A stretch of DNA of 61,586 nucleotides, counting the filler. It is 11 parts of 11 records of this genome, joined end to end, with 100 filler letters (N's around TTAATTAATTAA, not from the genome) between each part and the next. Parts side by side here need not be neighbours in the genome. Positions count along the whole stretch, not along the records: positions 43,366 to 48,641 come from SRR15195285_4324; positions 48,742 to 52,060 come from SRR15195285_4334; positions 52,161 to 56,553 come from SRR15195285_4335; 8 more parts are not named here. One strand, given 5' to 3'. Numbering within the stretch: the first letter of the stretch is position 1; each line of letters opens with the position of its first letter. A program made the position numbers and the translations under genes. Below the pieces are notes generated by a model, which was not told the origin of the DNA, did no database searches, and worked only from the letters and a program-made list of their open reading frames with translations. Shown one piece after another: positions 43,552 through 56,653 of the stretch.

Positions 43552-46500
43552 ATGGATCGTGGCAGGTCCAACGACGGTGTGGACGACGAGCTGGATAGCA
43601 AAACGTTCGAGATGCGGGAGTTCGGCCTGCCATCGCAGGAGGAAGCGCCGCGGGCCGCCTCCGAGCTGGCTGTGTTGGCAGCTCCATGGGCTTTCGAAAA
43701 TACAAGCGATGACGACTGGACGATAGCTAGCACCAGCGAGGTCAGCAGTGAGGGCTCGAGTACTTCGTCGCCGATTGCGCTGTTTGATGCGCGCCGACTG
43801 TTCTCAGAGAGTGACGCGCTCGAGACTGGGGTTGCTTCACCACCCGCGCCTCCGCAGCTCGCCCCACCAGCTTTAAAACGTCACCGCGGTGCAAAGGAAC
43901 TGATGTCCGGCAAGCCAGACGCTGGAGGCGCAAGTAGTGTTGTGAGCGCCGACTGTGGCCGTCTGTCGTTCGAGCAGGCCGAACAGCTGCTGCGAAGCGA
44001 TACAGTCAGTTGTGCTGGCGGGCGTCCTGACTACCTTGCTGTGGTGGGCTGGGCTTCGCTCGGGACTGTATACAAGGACGCAGTCGAGCGTCGACGAAAA
44101 GGCATCGATCGCTGGCAGTGCAAGTACGGAAAGGGCTCTACGACCGCGGCCACAGCCGACGGTCAGCATGTCGTCAGGCGCGCACATGGCAAGGTAAAGG
44201 TCGTGCGGCGAGTGGCGCGCGACGGTGATGGGGCCGCCGAGCGGCCACTCCCCCATGTCCTCAAATTCCACCAGTATACGCTTGAGGTGCCACCACCTTG
44301 TGTTGCCACCAGTGGTGGCAGCGGCGTGGGTGGTGGAGGGCAACACAGCCGCACACTTGTCACGACGCAAAAGCTATTCCACCTACTTGGCGCACAGGAG
44401 CAAGATGCGTACGATTCAATAGAGAAGGTTGCCACCACAACTCTTGGGGTATCGTCGAGCACAGACTCGAGCGTGCACAAGTGCGAGGGCACGTTGCAAA
44501 TGACCAGCCCGCAGGACCAGAAAGGCACTAGACGAGGGATACAAACCGGCGCAACATGGGTGTCCTTCCATCGAGGGGGGCAAAAAGGCGACCAAGAGCA
44601 GCGAGGTGCGATCATCGACGGGGAACATGGTGCACAGTTCGCGTCTGCATGCGGTGACTTCGCGGAATATCACCGCCGTTGCCTTGACGAGGACCCGTTT
44701 GTAGAGGGAGATGTAGTCGGACTGAACCCGTGCGCGCGCTTTCCACACCTTTATTCGCTAACTGACGTTTGTCACTCCTGCGGCGTATCTAGTACAAACG
44801 TGCCTCTGTTCATCTAACGCCAGAGCGTGTGTGATGCAGGGCTGGAATGCTAACGCGGCAGACGAGTGGCAATAAAGGGGTCTGGCAGCTAGGCGTCATC
44901 ACCAGGCGCGCTGCTGTGACTGGGAGTGAACCTCCGCAAACTGCAAATCGAAGCGAGTTCGACATGATTGCATACACTGGTCGGGTTGTCGTTCGGCTGC
45001 TTGGTGGCTGCAATGCTGGTGATTATATCGTCCCAAGCGGCCGCGAGGACGGCACTGCGCGTGGGGCTAGTGCTACGATCAGACCCACACGAACAGTTGG
45101 GCGGGCGCTGAACTGTTGTCATGCAAACCGAGATGGTATGTCTGAATCTCTCGTTGAGATCAGCGTGATCGGCCCTAGCGATAGTGTTGACACGCGATGT
45201 CAGCTTTGTGCTTTGTCAAGCGCGGAGCACCGCTGTGCTGTCGTTCTCCTCATTCTTCTGCTCAGCTGTGTTGTACTACCCATGGGCCTGACTTTTGCTC
45301 ATCTGCGCACTTCGGACGAGGAGACGACTCTTGAGGGTGCGCGATGCCAGGCCGTGACTGTGTCAGCTTTGGGACATGGACTATGCCGACACTGCAGCGG
45401 GCGCGATGCGACCGTGAAGTTTGCAGCAATGGAACCCGGCACGGCGCGATTACCATGCCCGGACACTCATACGGGCAACATGATAAGAATATGTGGTGGT
45501 AGTGGATATGGCCACTACGCAGTGAGCAGTACTGATGGTGATGTAGACGATGCTGGGTCTTTGCTATCAGATGGAAGCACAGTGACCGGCACGTGCACAC
45601 GCAAGGTGTGTCCGCGCCAGACCTTTCCGCTTCTTCCACCGGTTGCTCTCCAGCAATATCCGGAGCCACTGCGCATGAGGCTGGGCCAGATCCATCTGAA
45701 CGCAACGCCTGAGGGCACTGGTTCTGTGACTGTTCCGTGCCCAACAAATAGAGGGATCCCTTTTGGGCCAGGGAATTTCACACGGGTCTGTGACACTGCC
45801 ACAGACCAATGGCAGCGGCCAGCTGCGGGCACTGGCATGCGTGCCGCTGTAGCGGCTGTTGCTGCCGCCGACGAGAGTACCACTGGTGACTGCGAGTGGA
45901 GAACCTGCCCGAGTGGATGTTTATCGCTTACACGGTCCGCGATCGGCGCCCCTTTCGAAGCTGCGTTCCATCCTGGTGTCAGTGGGGAAGCCTGCCCCAC
46001 CCTGACGCGGGAGCTGCAAGTTTCCGTGCCCGTGCCGCAGTGGTCCATTGGCCAGCTTCGGACAGTGTATTGCTGCGAGGAGCTGACCGCGTCGGGTAGC
46101 TGTGCAGATCCGAGCGCCGGACTTGGCTCGGTCGAGGTCTCCTGTGGTCAGGATGCCGTCTGGAGATATGCCAGAGGTGGCTGCGAGCCACCATCATCGC
46201 TGCAGCTAGCGATGGGCGATCCATCGCTCTACTTAACTGCAAACGCCACGGCCCAGTCAGCGGCGCTGCACGACCATGAGATGCTATGGAATAAGTTCGC
46301 GCGTGGACTGGGTGGTCAGGCGAGCAAGGCCACGAGTGGTCGTTGGTTGATGCCGGCAACCGGCAGTCTGGGGCGGCTGTACATCTCATGGAGAGGTGGC
46401 GACTGGCAGCACTTGTCGACGCTGCAAAAGTTTCACTCGGGGATTTCGACCGCTATTGGCTTAGATGTGGGGTTTGATGGCAGCATCACTATAGTCCACG

Positions 46501-47205
46501 GGTGGGGAATCGCTGCATTAGCAAAGGTAGCATGCAGGCAGATTGGTCTAGGCCCTGCGTACTTTGCCACGGTGCGTCCAGCTGCCCCAGCTTTATGTTA
46601 TGTTGCTAAAGTCTCCTTTTGTCCAGCTCTTGGAGGATGCTCCCGCTGGTCTAGTGACACTGACCTGTTGGTCGTGTGGATGGATGACTTGTGCAAATCA
46701 GAACTGCAAGGGACTGCGCGGGCTCGTGGCAAGAAATGGAGGTTTCAACGCCACCGACCTCGAGGCCGTGTGCCCGTCATCCGCCACAAGTGCTTCGAGC
46801 CTCTGCCCGCAACTTCTCGGCGACACCGATGAGCACGGCCGCAACGGGAACGGTTTGTCCTCCGTGAACGGTTGGTACGATGAACCGTCGCTATGTACAG
46901 GCAACGAGACGAACATCTGTCAGTGCTTCCGGTACGAGCTTGCACAGAGGAACTTTCCACCATCAGCCAAGGTGACAGTCGGGTGCGACCACCAGATCGT
47001 GGTGGCGTGCAGCAGTGTGTCGCGGCAGACGGCGCCAGAACAACACGAGCGAGGGGTGTGGGTGGTCGGCGATGACACCAAGCACCACTCAGAGCATGCG
47101 TCTGAACCGTCTATTCTGACGGGGACAGGCTATCGAGAGGGCTGCGCACTGGGTGGCGTGCATAGTGCAGCTTGCTGGGGCGCCGAGCTGCCGCGAATCA
47201 CATAA
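43552..47205 (+). CDS. Single-pass membrane protein with CG-1-like N-terminal domain, peptidase-G2-type intramolecular-chaperone autocleavage domain, TM helix and Cys-rich/SRCR-like ectodomain
   Basis: Introns 44730-44839 and 46572-46701 are in frame. Motifs GDFAEYH, EGDVVGL, LGVI, IAYTGRVVVR and GDYIVPSGREDG. TM CAVVLLILLLSCVVLPMGL. SRCR-like AKVACRQIGLG and CTGNETNICQC. Confidence 0.7.
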
Positions 47206-47868
47206 GTCTCTCGATGAGCGCTACACTATTAGACTGGTCAACGCTACTTGTCACGAGCTAAAACACCGTGCGGCTGAGCTAGATTCGAAACGGCCTCCTG
47301 TCAATACTCCACATCGATATACGTACACTGCTACATGCGCACCTGGTGTAATGCAATGTGTTCTCGATCTCACTGGCCGTCGCTCTGTGTGTTCCCTACC
47401 CCTTTTTCCTCCGATTTGCGCAGTTGGAAGTTTCGTAGTGCTCACACAGGACATTGAGTAGGCTGGTTGCTGTGTACGCCATTGGCATGCAAGCTTTGTG
47501 GGGGCCGCATTCTGGGATCGATTGACTAAGGGATTTTTAGATCCACGACTCCCTCTGGGCCAGACCCCGCGAGCCTCGCTCAACTGGCCACGAATACTAA
47601 TGTACTGAATCGTGAATGACTGACTCCTGGACTTCCTCAATCAAATCTCAAATGGAACGCAGCAGGCGAAGGACCGGAACTTCCTATGCAAATGGAAATG
47701 CACTTGACAAGACTGACCGTACATGTAGATACCAGGTAGTACACGTGACCACACCATTCACGCTTTATGGTGCCTGTTTCCTCGGATCTCACCGCTCCGA
47801 TTGCGGAGCGTGAGCGCGCACAGTATGGCCTATCACGAACGTCTCGCGTCTCGCGTCCTACATCTCAC

Positions 47869-48641
47869 TCACAGCGCTGACGTGGGGTTGTCCCTGGCTT
47901 TGTCCGTGTAGATGTTCTCTGAATCGGTCTCGGTTGCAAGCTTCTTCAAGCACAGTTTTTGCACGCCGAGCGTAATTGCGACAGATAGTGCAGCTGTCAC
48001 AAGTACGATAGCAACGAGCGTACCCGTCGAACATCCATCGTCGTGTACTGGTGGTGGTGATGGTGGTGGCGGTGGCGGTGGCGGCGGTGGCTGCGAGAAA
48101 GTGCGCCAACGATTTAGTAGCGCGGTGCGATCACAGCGCAGACCAAACGTAAGCACAAAGTCAAATGTTCGACGACGCACCGGTGGCGTGACGTCGTTTG
48201 CCCCCGCGGCTGCGGCAGCGGAGAGCGCGGCGCGACCGCCCTGCTCATCGAATTGGCATATCGCGACGTCAGGCGTGCCCTGACTTTCCTGCCGTATGTA
48301 CTCCTGATTCGCCGAGCAAGCGTGACGAACGAGGCTCCCACAGAGTGTGGCTCGCGGTTCGTTAGTGTCTTCCGTAAGTGGGCACGGAGACGGTGGGTCG
48401 CTATCAGCGCACATGACGCATTGCAATACACCGAGCATGGCGGCAACTACCTCCGCTTTCACTTGGCATCCTGCAGGGACACACGAGAAACCACGCAGCC
48501 GGTTGGCGAGTGGTGCAGTTGAAATACGCCAGAAACGATGGGTGTAGGCACAGACGCACGACGTCCTTCGGGTTGGCTGCCGTCCCAAGCACAGTAATCC
48601 GCTGTCGTTTCTGGGCTGTGGGGAACATTTGTAACCACTGC
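47869..48641 (-). CDS. Partial type-I membrane protein with poly-Pro stalk (5'-truncated)
   Basis: Cys-containing segment, PPPPPPPPPPSPPP, hydrophobic helix LVAIVLVTAALSVAITLGV and a short tail. Confidence 0.55.
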
Positions 48642-49053
48642 NNNNNNNNNNNNNNNNNNNNNNNNNNNNNNNNNNNNNNNNNNNNTTAATTAATTAANNN
48701 NNNNNNNNNNNNNNNNNNNNNNNNNNNNNNNNNNNNNNNNNCTCCTCAGACCATGACACAGCCCATCATTCGAGTAATGCATCTGATTCTGATTCTCGGA
48801 TGTCTAAAAATGCATGCGCCGCCGCTCTGCCGATCCAGATGCGCCCTTCGCCGCCACACGCGCGACGCGGTGCGCAATTACCGTCGGCGCCTCGGAGCAG
48901 CCAGCTGCGCAGCGAGCACGTTCAGCTGCTGCGTGCTGAGCTGGGCGCCACGTGGCAGTCTCTGGGGGATGGTGAGCGACGAATGAGCGGCGCTTGAGCT
49001 GATACTGGCGGCAGGCGGCGAGCTGAGCTGAGCTGGGGAGGGGTGGAGGAGGG

Positions 49054-50199
49054 ATGCGTGTGTGTGTGTGCGGCGCCGGTGGGTTTATTGGCGGCCACCT
49101 GTGCCGGCGGCTGAAGGCGGACGGGCACACCGTCGTGGGGGCGGACTGGAAGCGGCACGAGTACTTTGATCAGGACGAGATCTGCGATGAGTTCCACGAC
49201 CTGGACCTGCGGAGCTTGGAGAACTGCCTGACGGCGACGGCGGGCTGCGAGTGGGTCTTCAACTTGGCGGCGGACATGGGCGGCATGGGCTTCATCCAGT
49301 CCAACAACAGCGTCATCATCTACAACAACACGATGATCAGCTTTAACGTGATGGAGGCCGTGCGCCGCAACGGCATCAAGCGGCTGCTCTACACATCATC
49401 AGCTTGCGTGTACCCGGAGCACATCCAGGAGCGTGTTGACAACCCCGGCCTGAAGGAGGCCGACGCCTGGCCAGCGGCGCCGCAGGACGCTTATGGGCTG
49501 GAGAAGCTCTATGCGGAAGAGATGGTGACGCAGTATGGGCGCGACTTTGGGATCGAGACGCGCATCGCACGGCTCCACAATATCTACGGCCCTTATGGCA
49601 CGTGGAAAGACGGGCGAGAGAAGGCGCCGGCGGCCTTCTGCCGCAAGGCGATCTGCGCCGTTGCCGAGATCTCGATGTGGGGCGACGGCGAGCAGACACG
49701 CTCCTTTTGCCTGGTCGACGACTGTGTGGAGGGCCTGGTGCTGCTTATGCAGTCTGAGTTCAGTGAGCCGCTGAACATAGGATCAGAGGAGATGGTCTCG
49801 ATGAACGAGCTGCAAAGTCTCGCATTGTCGTTCCGAGCCGATGACCGCGACATTGTCGTGAAGCATACCGAGGGACCTGAAGGAGTGCGAGGGCGCAATT
49901 CTGACAACGCGCGGGTACGAGAGACGCTTGGTTGGGAGCCCAAGACGCCACTGAAGGACGGGCTGAGAGTGACATATGATTGGATCGCCGAGCAGGTGGA
50001 TGCGGACCGCAAGGCAGGCATAGACATTTCGACGTACTGCGCGAGCAAGGTTGTGACACAGACGACTGAGTCGCTGGATAAACTCGCAGTGGGGGGAGCA
50101 GCAGCGCCAGCTGTCGCAGCGGTGGCGGTGGAGGAGGTTGCGGATCGTACCAAGCCGCTCGATGCGCCAGCCGCCGCAGCTGGCAGCGTAACTGACTAA
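49054..50199 (+). CDS. GME: GDP-D-mannose 3',5'-epimerase
   Basis: GAGGFIG, VFNLAADMGGMGFIQSN, YTSSACVYPE, PQDAYGLEKL, REKAPAAFCRK and GPEGVRGRNSDN are the characteristic GME motifs. Confidence 0.93.
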   Translation: MRVCVCGAGGFIGGHLCRRLKADGHTVVGADWKRHEYFDQDEICDEFHDLDLRSLENCLTATAGCEWVFNLAADMGGMGFIQSNNSVIIYNNTMISFNVMEAVRRNGIKRLLYTSSACVYPEHIQERVDNPGLKEADAWPAAPQDAYGLEKLYAEEMVTQYGRDFGIETRIARLHNIYGPYGTWKDGREKAPAAFCRKAICAVAEISMWGDGEQTRSFCLVDDCVEGLVLLMQSEFSEPLNIGSEEMVSMNELQSLALSFRADDRDIVVKHTEGPEGVRGRNSDNARVRETLGWEPKTPLKDGLRVTYDWIAEQVDADRKAGIDISTYCASKVVTQTTESLDKLAVGGAAAPAVAAVAVEEVADRTKPLDAPAAAAGSVTD

Positions 50200-50372
50200 C
50201 ATGCAGAGTCGCCGGCAGGCAGGCAGCCTTTCTAGCACCGACAACAGCATGTGCTGTCTGCAGCTTGCAACAGTTCGGAAGTCAATCATCAATGCAAATT
50301 AGTCAATTATCTAGAATATACCGGTTCTTTCTTCACTCGCTTGAGCGGGCAGTAGAGAGCGTAGCTACGCAG

Positions 50373-51655
50373 CTACTGCACCTTTTTCGGCTCCAGGTTG
50401 CCGACGCGTGTGCCTCTCCGCTTCTCTCTCGCCTGGGCCATCGCCTTGCCTCTCTCCTCATCATAGGTTGTGCCCATCCAGTCGTCTAAGTAGGTCAGAA
50501 ACGGCTGGTAGTTGTACCTGAAGTACTTGTGGTGGTCATCGTGGTGCTTGGCACCTCCGAGCTTGAGCGGCCCTAGGCAGCTCGGCAGCATCGATGCCAG
50601 CGAGACCGGGAACTGGTACCCAGCATGCGCGTCCACGGAGAGCTGGATCGACGCGCATAGCCAGATCCACATGGTCAACCTAAGTCGCAATAGCCGCAGC
50701 TCGTCAGCGATTATGGTAGCAACTACGGGGGGTGAGTGATAGAAATGCGACCAACGCACGGGTGGGCGTTGACGATGATGGGCGAGAGGATCGAAGCCAG
50801 GCCAGTAAAGCTCAGCTCGATCGGGTGCAAGTATTGCGTGCACCAAGCGAAGGGAGCACGCCACTCGTGATGTACCCCGTGGATGTGTTTGTAGAGTAGC
50901 AACCCATAGCGCCATGTCCGCTGGTGATGGTGCTTGTGGTAGAAAAAGTACAGTATGTCCATCAGCCACAGGCACAGGAAAAGGTGCAGCACGACCTCCA
51001 AGACAGACGGGGCCTTCTCCGGCAGCGTCATATGAGAGCACTGTGTCATGCACACGTGTGGACCAACATAATACGGCCATGGGCCCTGCGTCACAAGCTG
51101 GTGGGCCAATCCTGGGATCTGGAGGCCAACAGTCATGTACATCGTCGTCCGCAGGGTCTTCCAGATATGTTCCCATTCGACCGGCTTGTCCTTCTGCACC
51201 TTGTACTGCTTGAGGCTGCCGATGACTGGGACCGAGGCGGGCAGCATGTCAATCAACATGTACGGCAAGCACGACGAGAAGAAGTACGCGATCGACAGCA
51301 TGCCGGGGAAGGCTGGTGAAGTAGTTATGTTGCCGTAGTCTTTCGCAGCAAAGTCCCACACTGACTGTAATACCAGCGGCGTTTCTGCACGAGCGGCCTG
51401 AGTGACCGTATCGTTGGCGCCACCACGCGCTGGGGCGCCGATCGTGTCCACCGCGGTGAGCACAGCGTCTGACAGGCTGCGCAGGGGCCAGGCGAGCAGC
51501 GCGCCACAGCCCAGCAGCACGGCGCCCATGAGCATTGAGATGCAGCAGGCCGCGGCCCATTCGACTGTGAAGCTGCGCGCGTACTCCACCCAGGTCTGCC
51601 GAATGCCGGCACGAGTCGGGTCCGGCGGCTGGTACGCGGGGCCGCTATTCGCCAT
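50373..51655 (-). CDS. Fatty-acid hydroxylase/sterol desaturase family (ERG25 / cholesterol 25-hydroxylase-like)
   Basis: His boxes HKHHH, HGVHH and HHDDHH, plus QYLHPIE, DAHAGY and NYQPFLTYLD. Intron 50680-50759 is in frame. Confidence 0.88.
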
Positions 51656-52160
51656 CCCTGTAGCAACAGCCAGCTGCCCCCTGACCCCGGCACGCTCGTA
51701 CCGCGGCGCGAGGTTGCAACGACTGCAGCGTGACTTGCTGAAGACCACGTGTCTCCAGATTTTGTTGGTTTCGGAGCCTCCGGACCAACAAAATCTGGCG
51801 TACAGCTGTACCCAAGTACCCCTCTGGCCGCGTGAAGACCGCGCGATCGCCAACTCCTACCGTGTACTACTGGTACTGTCCCTGCCCATACGTCTTGTTA
51901 ACGTGCACGCCAGGGGCGCGGCAACACCAAAAGTTGCCAATCCTCGAACGATCGGGCCCCTGGGGGCCTCCCTGGGGCCGCGCGCGGTCCGGACGAGCTC
52001 AGCTGAGACTACTACGCTAGTACGATACAGTACTTCCGCCCGAGTCGCAGATTTAGGGCGNNNNNNNNNNNNNNNNNNNNNNNNNNNNNNNNNNNNNNNN
52101 NNNNTTAATTAATTAANNNNNNNNNNNNNNNNNNNNNNNNNNNNNNNNNNNNNNNNNNNN

Positions 52161-52480
52161 CCTCTCTATCGAGTGTAGCGAGCAATAGTAGTTAGTACCG
52201 GTAAGTAGTACCGGCAGTATACAGTAGAGTTACCGGTACCTGTACTACTACATGTATGAATAGTACAATACTGTACAGGCTGTGAGGAGTCACGACTCAG
52301 GACCTCAGGAGTACAGCTGGTCGTACGGTACTAGTAGGCTTCCTACCGGGTACTAGTAGGATCCTACTCAACAACTCAAGTACCGGTAGCATACTATACT
52401 GAGTATCCGCTAGTACGAACGGTACCGGTACTGGTACAGCACAGTACTTGTACTAAATGTACGGTATCTAGGATACTGGT
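52161..52480. repeat. Low-complexity mosaic of short palindromes (GTAC/CTAG/AGCT)
   Basis: Dense AGTACT, GGTACC, ACTAGT and ACCGGT words with no ORF. Confidence 0.7.
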
Positions 52481-52684
52481 ACAGCTGTAAGCTCACGGCT
52501 GGCGCCTGGCGGTTGGCGGACGCAGTCGAGCTGGAAACGAGGGACTGAGCGCGAGCCACTGAGGCGTCGAGACGCGAGCACAGCTCTCTCTAGAGAACGG
52601 TCTGCTTGCGCATTGGGGGACGGGGGGCTCGCGCCCCGCGATGGGCTGCGCGTCTTGGTGAAGTGCATCTAGGCCGACTGCCCA

Positions 52685-55374
52685 ATGGAGGGTGGGCTGA
52701 TGAACGGTGCATCACTCGGCGGCGCAAGCCCGGGCGCGTACGAGCCCCCGAGCTTCGGCCCTGCGCCTGAGCCGGCGCCCGAGGACTCTCCTGCGGGTCC
52801 GGTTTTTGGGCAAGCAAGCACACACAACCCTGTGCATGCTGGTGGTGCCAGCCCCGCCCCGAGTTACTCGGGTGTGAGTCTTGCACCTGCCGCCGCTGAG
52901 GCGCTAACAATCCAGGTTGACACAACGCTGGACCCGAACGGCTTCGACCTAAGTGATGGTGTGGCAAGCGGAGACGAACGTGAGAAGGCTACCCAGATGT
53001 TCCGAAAGCGCGAGAGGGCGAAGGCATACGAAGCAGATGCGACGGCCCAGAAGGCCAGCATTTGCAAGAATGTTGCCCTCGCCTTCATAGTCTTGGTCGT
53101 GATCGGCGCCTTGGCGGGTGTCTACACAGTATGCTGCAGCCCCAAGGACGACGGCGGCTCAGATTGCGCGGCCAATATGACTGTGACGAGGAACACCTGC
53201 AAAGCAAAGGATAGATTTCGTGAAGAAGATGTGATTGCGTGCGACGGCGTTCTTGCTTTGGAGGATTCGTCCGAGTGTACAGCGTTACATCGAGATCCAG
53301 CCTCTCCTGGTGGGCCCCCGGGGCCTGTTCTGTGCAGATGGGCGTCGCACACGGAATGCCGAGTGGCGGTCACACCGCGAGCGCCAGCACCCGCCCCGCC
53401 GCCAGACCTTTCGCCACCACCGCCGCCGGCATCGCAGCGGCCGACTATTGCGGCGGAATCATGGGATTTTGTTGGCGGAGCAACAAGTCCAGATTCCGAA
53501 GGCAGGTACGCAGCCGAAAATAGTATGGTAGCATGGCCAGGTGCTCGATCAGGCTCGGCCATATGGAGCAGCGGCGGTAGCATCTTCCTGCTTGGAGGTA
53601 TTGGGTGCGATGAGGTACCGGACGGCTTATGTGGAGATACAGGTTGGGCAGAAAATGGGCCGGAGCAAACTCATGGCTCTTTTGGGGCTACACCAGGTAA
53701 GTCGCCTTGACAGCTCCATAACATTATGTCTGGATTTGTCCCAGGCTCAAATGTGTTGGCATGGTCGGTCCGTAGATTACATGAACGATCTGTGGGAGTG
53801 GGACGGTAGCACTTGGACATTTAGAGGCGGTGACACGACTGCCGGCGGAGAGAGCGACGGAGGATACAGTGATCCCAATGGCCAACCGCCACAAACCACG
53901 GGACAAGGATGGCCAGGGAAGCGGTCTCTAGCAGCTATTTGGAGTAGCGATCTAGGCATCCTCATGTTTGGTGGCCAAACTTGCACTGCTTGCGGTGACA
54001 TCACCAACCGCGCAAAGGAGGTCCTGAGTGATTTGTGGCTCGCTTTTCCGGATGACTCATTTACAGAGTGGATATGGATCCGACCAGCGGTGGATGCGGA
54101 GCAGCAAGCATCTGTCGCCGGGATTGGTGGCAGAGGGATCTACATCGATGGTACGTCGAGTTCGTGGCCAGGGGCACGCTCGGGAGCAGCCGTGTGGCAT
54201 CATGCAGATCAAAGAGCCAATATTGGCTATATGTTTGGCGGTCTCGGATACGGAGCAAGCGCCTACCATCAAGAATCTCCAACCCAAGGTATGCAGCGAC
54301 TAGTACCAAGTCACCCACGCCAATACTTGTTTGTCACCACTCTTCACAAGTAGTGGGTGCACCTGTGGGTAGGATATTTGAGCGAATTGTGGAGTATATC
54401 TTTCGAAACACAAGTGTGGACACTCATTGGCACGTACAATTCGCGGAGGTGGAAGTACGACCATCTGCCGTGGACACAGGCGAGTGGCGAGTGGCCACGC
54501 CCCCGCAGCCAGCCGGTTGTATGGACTACAACTGACCGACATAAGACCTACATATTCGGTGGGCTGACGACCACATCTGGAGCCTGTGAGTACAGTTATA
54601 CTTGAGCCAAAATTCAACTGATATCAACTGCAACGCCTGCTGTGTGCACTTACGCTCAATTTGCTGCATGCAGCTTCCTTGGGAGACCTGTGGAGGTTTG
54701 ATGGCTTGCCAACCGACACGACAAATCCGTCTGGTGCCAATTACGGCGGCGTTCCATTTGTTTTTCTATCAGGGGATGCAGAGCCAGATAGTCCACCAAA
54801 CTACTGTACGCGTGCGCCGTGCAGTAGGGCGGACATCCACCCCGGTTCACGATACGGGGCCACTGGCTGGACTCAGCGAGACGGCAAGCTATGGCTGTTC
54901 GGTGGTCGAGGATTCGCCAATGCGGCGGAGTCAAATGCAGGTTGTTCCTCGGCATGCACGTATCTTGCAGACTACTGGTCCGTAAATGCCCGAGACGGCG
55001 TTTGGACCTGGGAAGGCGGCTCTGAGCGAGATGCAGCTGGAGCAACTTATCATGCTTCCGGCAACAACCACCAGCACCCTGGTTCACGTATGATGGCTGG
55101 TGGTTGGACAGACTCGCGCAACGACATTGCATACATGCTGGGTGGCCTTGGGCACGTGACTTCTTCATCAGGGGGACACATGAACGATCTGTGGGCGTTC
55201 AACATGTCGCTGGTAAGACTTTCTGCTTCTTCTGGCACCATCCTTGCATCTCTACGTGCCTGCCTGTCTCCATCCCAGGAACTTTCAGTCTCCAACCCAG
55301 GAATTCAGCTTAACTCGAGTGTGGTGCGTTGGCGAGCAGGCGTAGCCCAAGAGTTCTGGAACACAATAAAATGA
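52685..55374 (+). CDS. Type-II membrane protein with kelch/galactose-oxidase-like beta-propeller, multi-exon
   Basis: TM VALAFIVLVVIGALAGVY and Pro stalk, then repeated WPGARSG..W....LFGG.G and ND/SD/AD-LW blades across ORFs 52685-53710, 53541-54353, 54357-54605 and 54661-55374. The 3' end is uncertain. Confidence 0.8.
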
Positions 55375-55428
55375 AATCTATGAATCAAACTCTACCCACG
55401 CTCAGTTCCTCACTCACACTACCATCCA

Positions 55429-56330
55429 TCACAGTGTCGTTAGCTGCGCCTCTTCCGGTGGCCGCTCACGTTTGCACAGCGCAGACACAATCTTGAACTG
55501 TGGGTGGTCCTTGGAGCGTAAGAGTTCAAACATCGTGCTCTCCGCTGACGTAAGTTGACCACCAGCGGCTACCATCCTTTGAATGCCAATGGATCGGTCG
55601 AGAGGCCGTTGAGAAGAGATGGCGTCAGCAACTATGTGTACGGTATACTGCGAACAGTCCAAACAGGCACGATGAAAACGCGGTAGGGACACTAAAGGTC
55701 AGGCCTGCGCACCCCACGTTCGATGAGGTCGTAAGTTGACTGCAGGGCACAGACGTGTGCCTCGATTCCAACAATGATGGCGTCTTTCCGTGCTGGGTGA
55801 GCGCTCAGCGCTGCCTCCACTTCCTGCACACCGCATTTAAGACTTCGCCAGGTGGACGGAAACAGCAGGGATTGATCGACTGACAACTGCACGCGTGGGC
55901 AGCGCTGTCATCGAAAAAGCAACGTACCGGCGTGACCATGCTGAACATAGTCTTTTCCACGACGGTAGTGTTGTCCCGCTTGACGTCGATCTCTAGCACC
56001 GTATGTTTCAGCGCCTTCGGATACTGTTCAGTGACAATGACCGGGATGGACAACATCTCGCATGTGTCGTGCAGTTGTGCGGCGGAAAAAATCACGTGCT
56101 CCATTTTGTGGATGACCTCGCGGAACCTGCGCGCCATCGCAGCCGTTGAGCGCATGGCTGGCAGGGGCTGCAGCCAGCGCATGTGCACGACGGAGTTTGC
56201 AACACCACGCATATCGTTCTCGTGCACTCGCTCCCGCTCACCGCTCTTGGATATCGCACACGAAGAGGATGGCGCTCTCAGGCGTCAGCCGGGCCACGCC
56301 CACTCCGTCTGCGGGGCTCACTGGCTCCAT
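55429..56330 (-). CDS. Isochorismatase-domain protein (ISOC1/ISOC2-like), multi-exon
   Basis: LFVCDIQER|F, VTEQYPKALKHTV, EKTMFSM, GIEAHVCALQS, VADAISSQR and TSAESTMFELL. Confidence 0.9.
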
Positions 56331-56653
56331 TTCGCTGCGCTTACGCTTTGAGGACGCCGTGGCTGTCGATAGTAGCCCGTAGTGCTAGCGTCGTACGCGT
56401 ATACGCGTATCGCGAGCGCGCGCGTGCTGGGCGCGCCGCGCGCGCGCGCGCGACCGACGCCACGCACCGGCGCATGGGCCGCCACCACAATGTGATTCCG
56501 TGATCGGCGGACACTTTTGCGGGCACACCGGATCTTTACTATAGAAATAATGANNNNNNNNNNNNNNNNNNNNNNNNNNNNNNNNNNNNNNNNNNNNTTA
56601 ATTAATTAANNNNNNNNNNNNNNNNNNNNNNNNNNNNNNNNNNNNNNNNNNNN

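Noticed and set aside
9205-56653. Regularly recurring TTAATTAATTAA flanked by Ns, resembling a repeat array
   Set aside because: It is a synthetic six-frame-stop linker joining contigs, not biology.
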